From Candidatus Micrarchaeia archaeon (lineage in GTDB: Archaea; Micrarchaeota; Micrarchaeia; Burarchaeales; Fermentimicrarchaeaceae), in contig JAVZHX010000002.1 in assembly GCA_038871515.1 (NCBI GenBank), positions 68,641 through 132,640 on the forward strand: a stretch of 64,000 bases of DNA. Reading direction: 5' to 3'. The notes beneath the pieces were generated by a model. That model searched no databases. It was not told where the DNA came from and worked only from the letters and a program-made list of their open reading frames with translations. Made by a program: the position numbers and the translations under genes. This document shows, in pieces, positions 38,132 through 48,007 of the stretch; positions within the stretch are counted from its first letter, which is position 1; each line of letters starts with the position of its first letter.

Positions 38132-39037
38132 TCACTTCTCATGGAAAAGGGTGAAAACAACCTCGTTGAACTTCTTCGGATACTGCATTTTCAGAGTTGA
38201 ATAAACTGCTCGGAACACATCTCTCTCAGTGATTATTCCCATCAACCTATCTCCCTTCACAACAGGGAAACCACCCACTCTTTTTTTCTTGAAAAGCGTG
38301 ATTACCTCACCCAAATCCAGCTCCTCGTCAACCACATATACATCAGTGCTCATCACGTTGCTCGCAACCTCGCTGAGTATCACATCTGCTTTTGACGTAT
38401 GAAACTTCGCAAACTCCGCATCGCTTATGAATTTCAGTATATCATACGAGCGAACCATTCCCTTTATCTTATGCTCGCTCACAACAGGCAGCCTCCTGAG
38501 CTGATTCGCGCACATTATCCTCGTCGCATCCTTTATCGCGGTGTTTGGCGTTATCGTTATAACCTTCTTGCTCATCGCATTCCTTGCTGGGAAGTTGAAT
38601 TTCTCCCCAGCAAGAGGACGTATGAAATCCTGCTCAGTCACCATACCAACAATCTTCGCTTCCTTATTGAGTATTGGCATTCCGCCAAAGTATTGATACA
38701 GTATCTTATCTGCAACAGAGGCAACCGGCTCATCCTCATTCACAAAGAAAACGTTTGTTGTCATAATTTTTGAGGTTGGCGCATTTATTCCGCTGAGAAA
38801 GTTTCCCTTATAATCCCTCTCCATTATCAGATACTTCTCCCCCCCTCCAAAGTAGTTTATCAAATCCGTGCTTGTCACAATTCCCTTCACGTGGTTGAGC
38901 ACATCAACTATCGGTATCTTTCTCTTCCCAGTCCTCATCATCAAATCGCATAATGCTTTCACAGGAGTGCCTGGCGCGGTTGTTATAACCTCCTTTGTTG
39001 CTATATCAATAATCCTTCTTCTTTTACTCACCCACAT
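38132..39037 (-). CDS. Four-CBS-domain protein
   Basis: Four CBS repeats (IPIVD..KGIVT, GMPIL..VGMVTEQD, RLPVV, GFPVV..GIITERD); FGGGEKY. Confidence 0.9.
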   Translation of the reverse strand: MWVSKRRRIIDIATKEVITTAPGTPVKALCDLMMRTGKRKIPIVDVLNHVKGIVTSTDLINYFGGGEKYLIMERDYKGNFLSGINAPTSKIMTTNVFFVNEDEPVASVADKILYQYFGGMPILNKEAKIVGMVTEQDFIRPLAGEKFNFPARNAMSKKVITITPNTAIKDATRIMCANQLRRLPVVSEHKIKGMVRSYDILKFISDAEFAKFHTSKADVILSEVASNVMSTDVYVVDEELDLGEVITLFKKKRVGGFPVVKGDRLMGIITERDVFRAVYSTLKMQYPKKFNEVVFTLFHEK

Positions 39038-39050
39038 TCAAAAACCTCCT

Positions 39051-39554
39051 TCAACCTCTTCCCTTTTTACCTGCGCTGGTGAGCCCTCTGTACGCTCTTC
39101 CCCTCTGCTCCGCAATCCAAGAGATTGACCTGTCATTTTTTACAACAGGGTGCTCGGGATCAACCAGAATTACCTCAAAGTATTTGTTCCTTCCATCCTC
39201 CCCTACCCAATAGGAGTTAAGAACCTCAAGATTTGGGAACTTTGAAGCTGCTCTCTCCTCAGCAATTCTCTGCAGTGATTTTCCGGGTGACATAAACCTT
39301 CCCGACTTTGAAGGCTTTCTTCCCAAATCTGGCTTCTCCCTCTTCCTCCTCCCTCTCCCAACTCTCACCCTTGCAACAACAAACCCCTGCTTTGCTTTAT
39401 AACCGAGCTCCCTTGCCCTGGCGATGTTTGTTGGTTTATTCACTCTTTCAACAACAGAGCCTTTCCTCCACTCAATTAACCTCTTTCTGTAAATCTCTGA
39501 GCGCTCCTTTCTCTCCTTCTCAAATGCTCTCTTCACCAGCTTATAGAATCCCAT
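39051..39554 (-). CDS. rpl15e: Ribosomal protein eL15
   Basis: [28 protein letters not shown]. Confidence 0.96.
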   Translation of the reverse strand: MGFYKLVKRAFEKERKERSEIYRKRLIEWRKGSVVERVNKPTNIARARELGYKAKQGFVVARVRVGRGRRKREKPDLGRKPSKSGRFMSPGKSLQRIAEERAASKFPNLEVLNSYWVGEDGRNKYFEVILVDPEHPVVKNDRSISWIAEQRGRAYRGLTSAGKKGRG

Positions 39555-39620
39555 AACAATACCTCTTCAAAAAAACCTCCTGCTATTCTTTTTAAGGTGT
39601 AATATATATTAAACTGACGT

Positions 39621-39824
39621 ATGGCAAGCTTGAGAGTGAAGGTTAACGGGAGATACATAAAGGTGAAGTTAAGAAAAGGAATGAGGGTAATTGACGTGAT
39701 GCGGGAGCTTGGGGTTAACAGGGAAACGCACCTTGCAAAGAAGAACGGCAAGCTTGTTTCTGAGTTGGAGGATGTTTCAGAGAAAGATAAAATTGGGATA
39801 TTTGGTGTTGTGTATGGCGGTTAA
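39621..39824 (+). CDS. Ubiquitin-like sulfur carrier (SAMP/ThiS/MoaD family)
   Basis: 67 aa, beta-grasp pattern, C-terminal VYGG; overlaps the ncsA start. Confidence 0.88.
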   Translation: MASLRVKVNGRYIKVKLRKGMRVIDVMRELGVNRETHLAKKNGKLVSELEDVSEKDKIGIFGVVYGG

Positions 39825-40737
39825 ATGTTCGAGATGCAGCGGTAATGCAGTGATTTATCTGCCGTATGGAAATGAAAATCTTTGCAGGAAGCACTTTGTT
39901 GAAAGCTATGAAAGAAGGGTTATGAGAGCTGTGCGCGAGTTCAGGATGATAAAGAAAGGTGATAGAATTGGAGCTGCTGTTTCAGGTGGCAAGGACAGCT
40001 TGTCAATGCTTCACATTTTAAAGAAAATATGCGACAGCATGAGAGTTGAGCTTGTTGCTTTGTCTGTTGATGAGGGAATCAAGGGATATAGGGAGAAAAC
40101 TCTGAAGGTTGCAAGGGAGAACTGCAAAAAGCTTGAAGTTGAACACAGGGTGCTTTCATTCAAAAAGGAAATTGGTGTAACCGTTGATGAAATTTCAAAG
40201 AAGAAGGAGAGGATGAGGACGTGCAGCTACTGCGGTGTTTTCAGGAGATGGATTTTGAACAAAGCTGCAAGGGAGATGGAACTGAATAAACTTGCTGTTG
40301 GGCACAACCTTGACGACACCGCGCAGTCAATTCTTATGAACTTTCTAAGAAACGAGCCGTTCAGGCTTGCAAGGTTAGGGCCTGCTGGCGGAATAATTGA
40401 GGATGAGTTCTTCGTTGATAGAATAAAACCACTTATGATGATTCCTGAGAGGGAGAGCGCGGTTTACTCAATAATAAAAGGAATGAATGTTGAATTTGGA
40501 AGATGCCCCTACGCTCATGAGGCATTCAGAAGTAGGGTGAGGGTTTTTCTGAATGAGCTTGAGGAGGAGTTCCCCGGGACAAAATTCAGAGTTGTTAACA
40601 GCTTTATGAGTTTAAAAAACTCAATTGAAAAACAATTCAGAACAAATGAAAAACCAGTAAAATGCAGGGAGTGCGGGGAACTGAGCTCGCAGGAAATTTG
40701 CATGAGATGCAAGATGCTGAAAGAGTTGACAGTATAA
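39814..40737 (+). CDS. ncsA: tRNA 2-thiouridylase NcsA/TtuA
   Basis: N- and C-terminal zinc fingers, SGGKDS, CSYCGVFRR, GHNLDD, CPY. Confidence 0.92.
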   Translation: MAVKCSRCSGNAVIYLPYGNENLCRKHFVESYERRVMRAVREFRMIKKGDRIGAAVSGGKDSLSMLHILKKICDSMRVELVALSVDEGIKGYREKTLKVARENCKKLEVEHRVLSFKKEIGVTVDEISKKKERMRTCSYCGVFRRWILNKAAREMELNKLAVGHNLDDTAQSILMNFLRNEPFRLARLGPAGGIIEDEFFVDRIKPLMMIPERESAVYSIIKGMNVEFGRCPYAHEAFRSRVRVFLNELEEEFPGTKFRVVNSFMSLKNSIEKQFRTNEKPVKCRECGELSSQEICMRCKMLKELTV

Positions 40738-40767
40738 TTTTATATAGCGCAGCGTAGTAATTGTTTT

Positions 40768-41556
40768 ATGAGCGTTTACTTTGAGCGTAGTGGGATTAAG
40801 ATTATTAATGATGATTTTCTTTCAACCAAAATCATTGAACCAAATAGCATAGACCTTATAGTAACCTCCCCCCCGTATAATATTGACATCCACTATGGGG
40901 AGTATAAGGATGACCTTCCTTATGAAAAGTATTTTGAGTTCTCAAAAAAATGGATAAGCAAAGCATATGAGCTTGCAAAACCAACTGGCAGATTCTGCCT
41001 TAACATCCCCCTGGATAAAAATAAGGGTGGGCAGAAGAGTGTCTATGCAGATATCACTGAGATAGCAAAGGAAGTGGGTTGGAAGTATCAATCCACAATA
41101 GTTTGGAATGAAGGGAATATCTCAAGAAGAACTGCGTGGGGCTCGTGGCTATCAGCAAAAGCACCATATGTGATAGCACCTGTTGAGATGATTGTTGTTC
41201 TTTATAAAGAGAAGTGGAATAAAATGAAATCCGGCAAGTCGGATATTAAAAAAGAGGAGTTTATTGAGTGGACAAGCGGAGTTTGGAATTTTTCTGGTGA
41301 AAGCAAGAAGATTGGTCACCCAGCACCATTCCCCGTTGAACTACCAAGAAGATGTATAAAGCTTTTCTCATACGTTGGCGATTTAATTTTAGACCCCTTC
41401 CTGGGCTCAGGAACAACTCTCGTCGCAGCGTACATGCTCAGACGCAAAGCGATTGGTGTAGAGATTGATAGAGGATATTGTGAGCTGGCTAAAAAAAGGC
41501 TTATTGAAGAAGCTAATATCTACAACAAACTGCTTTTTGAAGAAGGAGCAGATTGA
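40768..41556 (+). CDS. Site-specific DNA methyltransferase (beta class, N4-C/N6-A)
   Basis: TSPPY catalytic motif before HPAPFP and DPFLGSGTT. Confidence 0.93.
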   Translation: MSVYFERSGIKIINDDFLSTKIIEPNSIDLIVTSPPYNIDIHYGEYKDDLPYEKYFEFSKKWISKAYELAKPTGRFCLNIPLDKNKGGQKSVYADITEIAKEVGWKYQSTIVWNEGNISRRTAWGSWLSAKAPYVIAPVEMIVVLYKEKWNKMKSGKSDIKKEEFIEWTSGVWNFSGESKKIGHPAPFPVELPRRCIKLFSYVGDLILDPFLGSGTTLVAAYMLRRKAIGVEIDRGYCELAKKRLIEEANIYNKLLFEEGAD

Positions 41557-41557
41557 T

Positions 41558-42277
41558 ATGGAAAAGGAGTTGAAAGCTAGGTGGGAGGAGTTTGTTAAGA
41601 AACATGGGGATGAAGCGTATTGTAGAGTAGATGAATTTTTGACTGATTTGGAAAAAAGTTACAAGAGGGATAAAGTCAGGGAGTTTCAGAGGGCGGGTGC
41701 GGATTTCCAGACAGCAAGCGTTAAAGCCAGGCAATCATGGGTTGTTTATGTAGGAAACATGTTAGAGAGTATTATACGCCTTGCAGTTGAACCCATAGTG
41801 AGGAAGTATGAAGCTAAAATTGTTAGTGATAAAGAAATACAAAGGACCACTACACGCACAGAGTTGGATTTGGTCAGACGTGCCTTGCTGGTTCATTTTG
41901 ATAGATACTCCTTTCTACCTGATGCGGATTTGATAATTTACAAGTATGATAAAAAACATAATGTGGTAAGAATTTTGGCAATTCTTTCAGTAAAAAATTC
42001 ATTTAGGGAAAGATATACTGAAACTCCATACTGGAAACTGAAACTGAAGCAGAGTGAAATCACCCGGCGTATACGTGTGTTTATGGTTACTACGGATAGG
42101 GACGATGAAATTTCATATACAGAAAAACCATCTAAAGCAAGAGTGATACTGGAATACGAGCTAGACGGAGTTTACATAACGAAAAGGAAGGAGGAGTTTG
42201 AGAGTTCTGATAAAGTTGGTAATCTACTTGACTTATTTAAAGAGCTAGTTCGTATTTTGAGGGAGAATGATAAGTGA
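41558..42277 (+). CDS. Type II restriction endonuclease, BsaWI-like (CCGG-core family)
   Basis: RQSW..GN.LE, PDADL, SVKNSFRER...YWKLKL; directly downstream of the MTase. Confidence 0.75.
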   Translation: MEKELKARWEEFVKKHGDEAYCRVDEFLTDLEKSYKRDKVREFQRAGADFQTASVKARQSWVVYVGNMLESIIRLAVEPIVRKYEAKIVSDKEIQRTTTRTELDLVRRALLVHFDRYSFLPDADLIIYKYDKKHNVVRILAILSVKNSFRERYTETPYWKLKLKQSEITRRIRVFMVTTDRDDEISYTEKPSKARVILEYELDGVYITKRKEEFESSDKVGNLLDLFKELVRILRENDK

Positions 42278-42350
42278 AGTTGCAAGTAAAACAAGCATAT
42301 GTTTTTAAATTCTCACTTCTAAATTTTTATTCCAAATTTCAGGTGTTTCT

Positions 42351-42872
42351 ATGGGTTTGAGGCCAGCGCACACATGCCGAGATGTCGGAAAAGTTTCATG
42401 GACAAGGTACTCAAAAAAGAAGCCGAGAAAATCATACGTGAAAGCACTACCACACAACGCAGTTCAGATTTTTGATATGGGTGACGCTGGAAAAAAGTAT
42501 GAAAGCGAAATTCAGGTGATTGCTGAAAAACCAGTTCAGATAAGGGATAGCGCTTTGGAGGCTGCAAGACAGGCAGCAAACAAATACCTTGAAAAACAAA
42601 TCCCTGGAAACTACTACTTCAAGGTTGCTGTTTTCCCTCATAATATAATAAGAGAAAATAAAATGATTGTTGGCGCTGGTGCGGATAGGCTGCAGAAAGG
42701 AATGAGGCATGCATTTGGGAGGCCAACTGACAGGGGCGCAAAACTCAGAGCTAACCAGCCGGTATTTAAAATAAGGTTCTTCAAAAAGGATTTTGGTTTC
42801 ATCCAGGAGGCAGTAAGGAGGGCGAAGCTCAAGCTTTCCGGAACTTACTTAACAAAACTTGTTGATTTATAA
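42351..42872 (+). CDS. rpl10e: Ribosomal protein uL16 (L10e)
   Basis: LEAARQAAN, RENKM..GAGADRLQKGMRHAFGRP. Confidence 0.96.
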   Translation: MGLRPAHTCRDVGKVSWTRYSKKKPRKSYVKALPHNAVQIFDMGDAGKKYESEIQVIAEKPVQIRDSALEAARQAANKYLEKQIPGNYYFKVAVFPHNIIRENKMIVGAGADRLQKGMRHAFGRPTDRGAKLRANQPVFKIRFFKKDFGFIQEAVRRAKLKLSGTYLTKLVDL

Positions 42873-42883
42873 TTATTGGAGGT

Positions 42884-45800
42884 GTGGGAATGGAGAATGT
42901 GCTTTGGTTTTCTCAGATAGGAAAGGAAGATGTTGGAAAGGTTGGTGGTAAGGGAGCAAACCTTGGAGAGATGGCTGGTATAGGGCTTCCAATTCCAAAC
43001 GGGTTCTGCACAACAAGCGAGGCATATTTCAAATTTCTGAAAGCAAACGGAATTGACAAGGCAATTGCAAAGCTGACTGAAAATTTGGATGTGCAGGATA
43101 CCAAGAGGCTTATGGCGGTTAGCGATGAGATAAAAGCCCTCATCATGTCAGGAAAGATTCCTGATGATATAAGAACCGATATAATAAGAGCGTATAACAA
43201 GCTATGCGGTGCTGAGATACCAACCTCTTCTCAGGAGGTTTACGTTGCTGTGAGAAGCTCTGCAACTGCTGAGGATTTGCCTGACGCCAGCTTTGCGGGA
43301 CAGCAGGCAACATTCCTGAATGTAAAGGGAGCGGAGAACGTTGTGAAAGCAGTTCAGAAGTGCTGGGCTTCCCTTTTTGAGAGCAGAGCAATTTATTACA
43401 GGCAGGAGAAGGGTTATAGCCATCTTAAAGTTGGGCTTGCTGCAGTTGTTCAGGAGATGGTTCAATCAGAAAAATCAGGAGTTATGTTCACAAGCGACCC
43501 AATCACAAATGACAGAAACAAAATAGGGATTGAGGCTGCTTATGGTTTGGGTGAGATTGTTGTTTCAGGCTCAATCACTCCTGACAGGTATGTTGTTAGC
43601 AAGGACAAACTTGAGATACTTGAGAAGCACGTTGCAAAGCAAACCTGGATGATAACAAAGGTGGATGATAGAAATGAGCACGTGGATATTAAACCAGAAT
43701 TCCAGGAGAAGCAGAAAATAACTGATGAGGAGATAATAAAACTTGCCAAATACGGAAAAGAAATTGAGGAGCATTATAAATGGCCCCAGGATATTGAGTG
43801 GGCGATTGCTGGAGGGGAGATATTCATCGTTCAAAGCAGGCCAATTACAACTTTGAAGAAAGGAGGTGAGGCTGTGGAGGAAAGTGTTTCTGTTTCAAGC
43901 GCTGAAATAATTTTAAGGGGTTTGGGAGCAAGCCCTGGAGTTGCTGTTGGAAAAGTCAAAATTATTCCAACTGCAAAGGATATTGGAAGGATGGAGAAAG
44001 GTGAAATACTTGTGACTGAGATGACTTCACCTGATTATGTGCCTGCGATGAAAAAAGCAGCTGCAATACTCACTAACTCAGGAGGAGCAACATGCTTTGC
44101 CGGCAAAACAAAGGTTCTCACAGAGAGAGGGTTTATGGAGATTGCAGAGGTTTATGAGAGGGTTAAATCGGGTGAGGAGCTATCAGTTCTTTCGGTTGAT
44201 GAATCAAAACTGAAAGCAGTTTGGAGGCGTGTTGTGAATGCGTTCAAGCGAAAATCCACTCTTTGGAGAATCAGCGTATCGCAGACTGGAAATTCAGAGC
44301 AGAACACGCTGGATGTGACGCCAGACCATAAGATGCTCACATTTGAGAGAAGGAAGCTTGTTGAGAGGAAGCTTTGCGATATGCTTGAAAGGGAGGAGAT
44401 GCTGTGCGCAGTTGACAGAATTCCTGAGCTGAGCTGCTCAAATGAGGGAAGCCTGCCCTACTTGGCAGGAGCGATACTCACCGATGGTTACTACGACTTT
44501 GATGCAAGGCACGGGAGAGTTGTTTTCACGCAGAAGAGAACTCCTGAAAAGGAGGAATTCATCAACTCAGTAAAGGAGTGCTTTGAGGATGTGTTTGGGT
44601 ATGGGTTTACTGGTGAGAGGGAGAAAATTTCAAACGGTGTTTTGAGCAGAACAGGGGAGAGAGTTATTGGAGGGGCAACTGACTTTGTATGCAGCAGGAA
44701 GGAACCTGCTGAGAGGTTTGCAGGAATTGAAGCCAACCTGCGTGAATGGGTGCTTTCCCTTGATGAAACCTCATTATACAACTTCCTAGCAGGAGTTTTG
44801 GATGGGGATGGAAGCATAAACGCTGAGAGGAATAGGCTGCACATATACGTTGGAGATGAGAAACTTGCAGAAGCAGTGATTATTGCGTGCCTGAGGTTGG
44901 GTATCCTCCCTCAGGTGAGCATTCAAAGAGGAAGCTGCTACAACATACAGATTGTTGAGAAACTGCAGGAGCTTCTGAAGCATTCAAAGAGAATAAAACA
45001 CGGAGTAAGTGAAAAGAAGCTTGGAGTGAAGCTATTTGCTGCAAAGCAGCTTTTTGATGATGTTGTTGATGAGGCAAACTACAAGGGAAGAGTGAAACCA
45101 TACGTGAATAGAAACCTGCTGATTGACTCAAGAAAGATAGAGGTAAACGTGCTGCCTCTGCTGAAAAATAATGTCGGGGAGGAAGTTAAGAGAATTATAA
45201 AATCGGATTTGAGGATGCTGAGGGCTGAGAAGGAGGAGGAGCTGGGAGAGGGAGAGGTATACAACATTGAGGTTGAGGGGGATCACAACTATGTTGTTTT
45301 CACAAGGATGTACACGCCAGTGTTGGTGAGAAACTGCCACGCAGCAATAGTGAGCAGGGAGCTTGGTGTTCCCTGCATAGTTGGAACAAAGAACGCAACA
45401 GAAGTGCTGAAGGATGGGGATGTGATTACTGTTGATGCGAAAATGGGCGTTGTTTACAGAGGAAAAGTTGACATAGCAGTTGCAAAGAAGCCAGAGGAAG
45501 GAGGAGCTGCACCAGTTGCAGTTTCAGCCCCAGTTATAACTGGAACGAAAATATATGTGAATTTAGGCGAGCCGGAGCTTGCTGAGAAGATAGCTGCGAT
45601 GAACGTTGATGGAGTTGGTTTGTTCAGAGCGGAGTTTATGATTGCGGGCATTGGAGTTCACCCAAGAAAGGCAATTGAGGAGCACAGGGAGCAGGAGTAT
45701 GTTGACAAGCTTGCTGAGGGAATGAGAAGAATATGCGCAGCCTTCTACCCAAGGCCAGTTGTTTACAGGGCTACTGACTTCAAAACAAATGAATACAGAA

Positions 45801-46462
45801 ACTTAGAAGGAGGGGAAAAGTATGAACCTCAGGAGGAGAACCCAATGATGGGTTACAGGGGATGCTCGCGTTACACAAGCGAGCCGGATGCATTCAAGCT
45901 TGAGGTGGATGCAATAAAGAAGGTGAGAGAGGTATATGGGTTAAAGAATTTGTGGCTGATGATACCTGTTGTCAGAACAGTTGAGGAGCTTGTTGAAATT
46001 AAGAAGCTGCTTGAGCAGTTCGGCTTGAAGAGAAGCAGGGATTTCAAACTGTGGATAATGGTTGAGGTGCCCAGCACAATATTCCTTGCCCAGGAGTTCT
46101 GCGATGTGGGGATAGATGGAATATCAATAGGAAGCAATGATTTAACTCAGTTCACTTTGGCATGTGACAGGGATAACCCAACCCTTGCAGCGAAGTTTGA
46201 TGAAAGAAACGAAGCAGTTATGAAGGCGATAAAGCACGTGATAAGGGTTTGCAGAAAGAACGGAGTCACAACTTCAATCTGCGGGCAGGCGCCAAGCGTT
46301 TACCCAGAATATGCAGAAAAGCTTGTTGAATTTGGGATAACGAGCATTTCAGTGAACCCTGACATGATTGATGTGACAAGGAGAAACGTTGCAAGCGCTG
46401 AGAGGAAGCTCATGCTGAGAAAGTTAATAGAGCTTACAGAGAAGGATGAGTTTGAGTTCTGA
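42884..46462 (+). CDS. ppsA: Phosphoenolpyruvate synthase, intein-containing precursor
   Basis: VGGKGANLGE, RSSATAED, SFAGQ, QSRP, GGAT[intein]CHAAIVSRELG, FRAEF, GSNDL. Confidence 0.96.
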   Translation: MGMENVLWFSQIGKEDVGKVGGKGANLGEMAGIGLPIPNGFCTTSEAYFKFLKANGIDKAIAKLTENLDVQDTKRLMAVSDEIKALIMSGKIPDDIRTDIIRAYNKLCGAEIPTSSQEVYVAVRSSATAEDLPDASFAGQQATFLNVKGAENVVKAVQKCWASLFESRAIYYRQEKGYSHLKVGLAAVVQEMVQSEKSGVMFTSDPITNDRNKIGIEAAYGLGEIVVSGSITPDRYVVSKDKLEILEKHVAKQTWMITKVDDRNEHVDIKPEFQEKQKITDEEIIKLAKYGKEIEEHYKWPQDIEWAIAGGEIFIVQSRPITTLKKGGEAVEESVSVSSAEIILRGLGASPGVAVGKVKIIPTAKDIGRMEKGEILVTEMTSPDYVPAMKKAAAILTNSGGATCFAGKTKVLTERGFMEIAEVYERVKSGEELSVLSVDESKLKAVWRRVVNAFKRKSTLWRISVSQTGNSEQNTLDVTPDHKMLTFERRKLVERKLCDMLEREEMLCAVDRIPELSCSNEGSLPYLAGAILTDGYYDFDARHGRVVFTQKRTPEKEEFINSVKECFEDVFGYGFTGEREKISNGVLSRTGERVIGGATDFVCSRKEPAERFAGIEANLREWVLSLDETSLYNFLAGVLDGDGSINAERNRLHIYVGDEKLAEAVIIACLRLGILPQVSIQRGSCYNIQIVEKLQELLKHSKRIKHGVSEKKLGVKLFAAKQLFDDVVDEANYKGRVKPYVNRNLLIDSRKIEVNVLPLLKNNVGEEVKRIIKSDLRMLRAEKEEELGEGEVYNIEVEGDHNYVVFTRMYTPVLVRNCHAAIVSRELGVPCIVGTKNATEVLKDGDVITVDAKMGVVYRGKVDIAVAKKPEEGGAAPVAVSAPVITGTKIYVNLGEPELAEKIAAMNVDGVGLFRAEFMIAGIGVHPRKAIEEHREQEYVDKLAEGMRRICAAFYPRPVVYRATDFKTNEYRNLEGGEKYEPQEENPMMGYRGCSRYTSEPDAFKLEVDAIKKVREVYGLKNLWLMIPVVRTVEELVEIKKLLEQFGLKRSRDFKLWIMVEVPSTIFLAQEFCDVGIDGISIGSNDLTQFTLACDRDNPTLAAKFDERNEAVMKAIKHVIRVCRKNGVTTSICGQAPSVYPEYAEKLVEFGITSISVNPDMIDVTRRNVASAERKLMLRKLIELTEKDEFEF
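44093..45334 (+). mobile_element. Intein (414 aa) with LAGLIDADG homing endonuclease
   Basis: Starts CFAGKTKV, block B TPDH, YLAGAILTDG and FLAGVLDGDG, block F VYNIEV..DHNY, ends VLVRN followed by Cys+1; removal restores GGATCHAAI. Confidence 0.95.
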
Positions 46463-46486
46463 TTTTTTCAATTATAAAGGGATTCT

Positions 46487-47395
46487 GTGAGAGTTCTTCT
46501 CCAGCTTCCAGAGGGTTTGAAGGGAAAAGCATTAAAACTAGCTGAAAAACTTGAAAGGAAGGGGGATGAGGTCGTTATCTCATGCTCCCCTTGCTACGGA
46601 GCTTGTGATGTTTCTTTAGAAGAAGCAAGAAAGTGCAAAGCAGATAGAATAATTCAATACGGGCACTCTCCTTTTAAAATTAAAAGCAGAATACCTGTTG
46701 AGTTTGTTGAATATAGAACTCCTGTTAAGTTCAAAGCAGTTGTTAAGAAAGCGCTGAAGGAGTTGAAAGGTTTCAGAAGAGTTGGTTTGGTTACCACTGT
46801 TCAGCATATTGGGCAGCTTGATGAAATAAAAGAATTTCTTGAAAGAAACGGCAAAGTTGTTTTAATTGGGAAGCACGGAAGAAGAGCTTATTATGATGGA
46901 CAGATACTTGGGTGTGACTGGGGAAGCGTGAAAAGTATAGAGAAGAAAGTTGACTGCTTTCTGTTTTTTGGAGGAGGGTTGTTTCATGCGCTTGGCGGTG
47001 CAGTTGCAACTGAAAAACCATTTTTAGCAGTAGACCCATTTATGAGAAAGGTTAGATGGATGGGGGAGGAGAGGAAAAGAGAGCTGGGAAGGAGGAGGGG
47101 GGCTTTTCTTGCCGCGCTTGCTGCGAAGAAATTTGGTATAGTTTGTAGCACAAAGCCAGGGCAGTTCAACCTGAAAATTGCTGTAAGAGTGAAGAGGGAG
47201 TTGGAGAGAAGCGGAAGGAAAGCCGAGGTATTGATTTGCAATGAAGTCGATTACGAGTCACTTAACAACTTTATTGAAATTGACTGCTTTGTCAACACTG
47301 CCTGCCCCAGAATAGCTGAAGACTATGAAAGAGTCAGAAAGCCAATTCTAGGGGTAGAAGAAGTTAAAAAATTAATAAAAATAAAAAATAAATGA
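46487..47395 (+). CDS. dph2: Diphthamide biosynthesis protein Dph2
   Basis: QLPEGLK, YGACD, GQILGC, KPGQ, TACPR (three Fe-S Cys). Confidence 0.95.
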   Translation: MRVLLQLPEGLKGKALKLAEKLERKGDEVVISCSPCYGACDVSLEEARKCKADRIIQYGHSPFKIKSRIPVEFVEYRTPVKFKAVVKKALKELKGFRRVGLVTTVQHIGQLDEIKEFLERNGKVVLIGKHGRRAYYDGQILGCDWGSVKSIEKKVDCFLFFGGGLFHALGGAVATEKPFLAVDPFMRKVRWMGEERKRELGRRRGAFLAALAAKKFGIVCSTKPGQFNLKIAVRVKRELERSGRKAEVLICNEVDYESLNNFIEIDCFVNTACPRIAEDYERVRKPILGVEEVKKLIKIKNK

Positions 47396-47397
47396 AC

Positions 47398-47919
47398 CTA
47401 TGCCTCAAACCTGGCTGAGAAGGTTCCAACGGCAATTCTTTGGATTTTGGTGTCTGCTTCTGTGTAGTTTATATATATTCTTCCGTTGTACTGAGCCCCG
47501 ATGGATGTATCAACAGAACTTCCGTCGGCATCTGTGCATGTCACATTGAATGTGCCTGGCTTTGCAACAAAGCCCTTGCTTCCAGATGCAATTGTTATGT
47601 TTGGGTCACCAGAATAATCAGTATACAGTATGGCTCCACTTGTTGCATATGCTTGGCTGGTGTTTTGTGTGCAGGTCACTCCTGTCACTGTAATTGAATG
47701 CCCTGTCCCCTGCCCAATCTCAAGTGTGAGATGACCTGAGCCTGCGTGAAGTTTTGTCGTTGTGCACGTAATTCCTGCTGGGAAGGTGCACTGGGACGGC
47801 ACGGGTGGAGTAAGCACTCCAAGGTAGAACAGCACTGCCAGCACCACCATAATTATCAGTATTGCCCACCCGTAAGTCATAAGGTATTCCATTGCTGTTT
47901 GACCCTTTCTCATTCTCAT
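47398..47919 (-). CDS. Class III signal peptide (type IV pilin-like) protein
   Basis: RKGQ|TAMEYLMTYGWAILII hydrophobic helix, then a Cys-containing Thr/Gly-rich domain. Confidence 0.88.
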   Translation of the reverse strand: MRMRKGQTAMEYLMTYGWAILIIMVVLAVLFYLGVLTPPVPSQCTFPAGITCTTTKLHAGSGHLTLEIGQGTGHSITVTGVTCTQNTSQAYATSGAILYTDYSGDPNITIASGSKGFVAKPGTFNVTCTDADGSSVDTSIGAQYNGRIYINYTEADTKIQRIAVGTFSARFEA

Positions 47920-48007
47920 TCAAAACCACCTCTTATGTCCAACATACCTTTAGACGTAAGTTATTTTCATATGCTCCTTTTTAAATCTTTCTCTTTTTTG
48001 AATGAAA

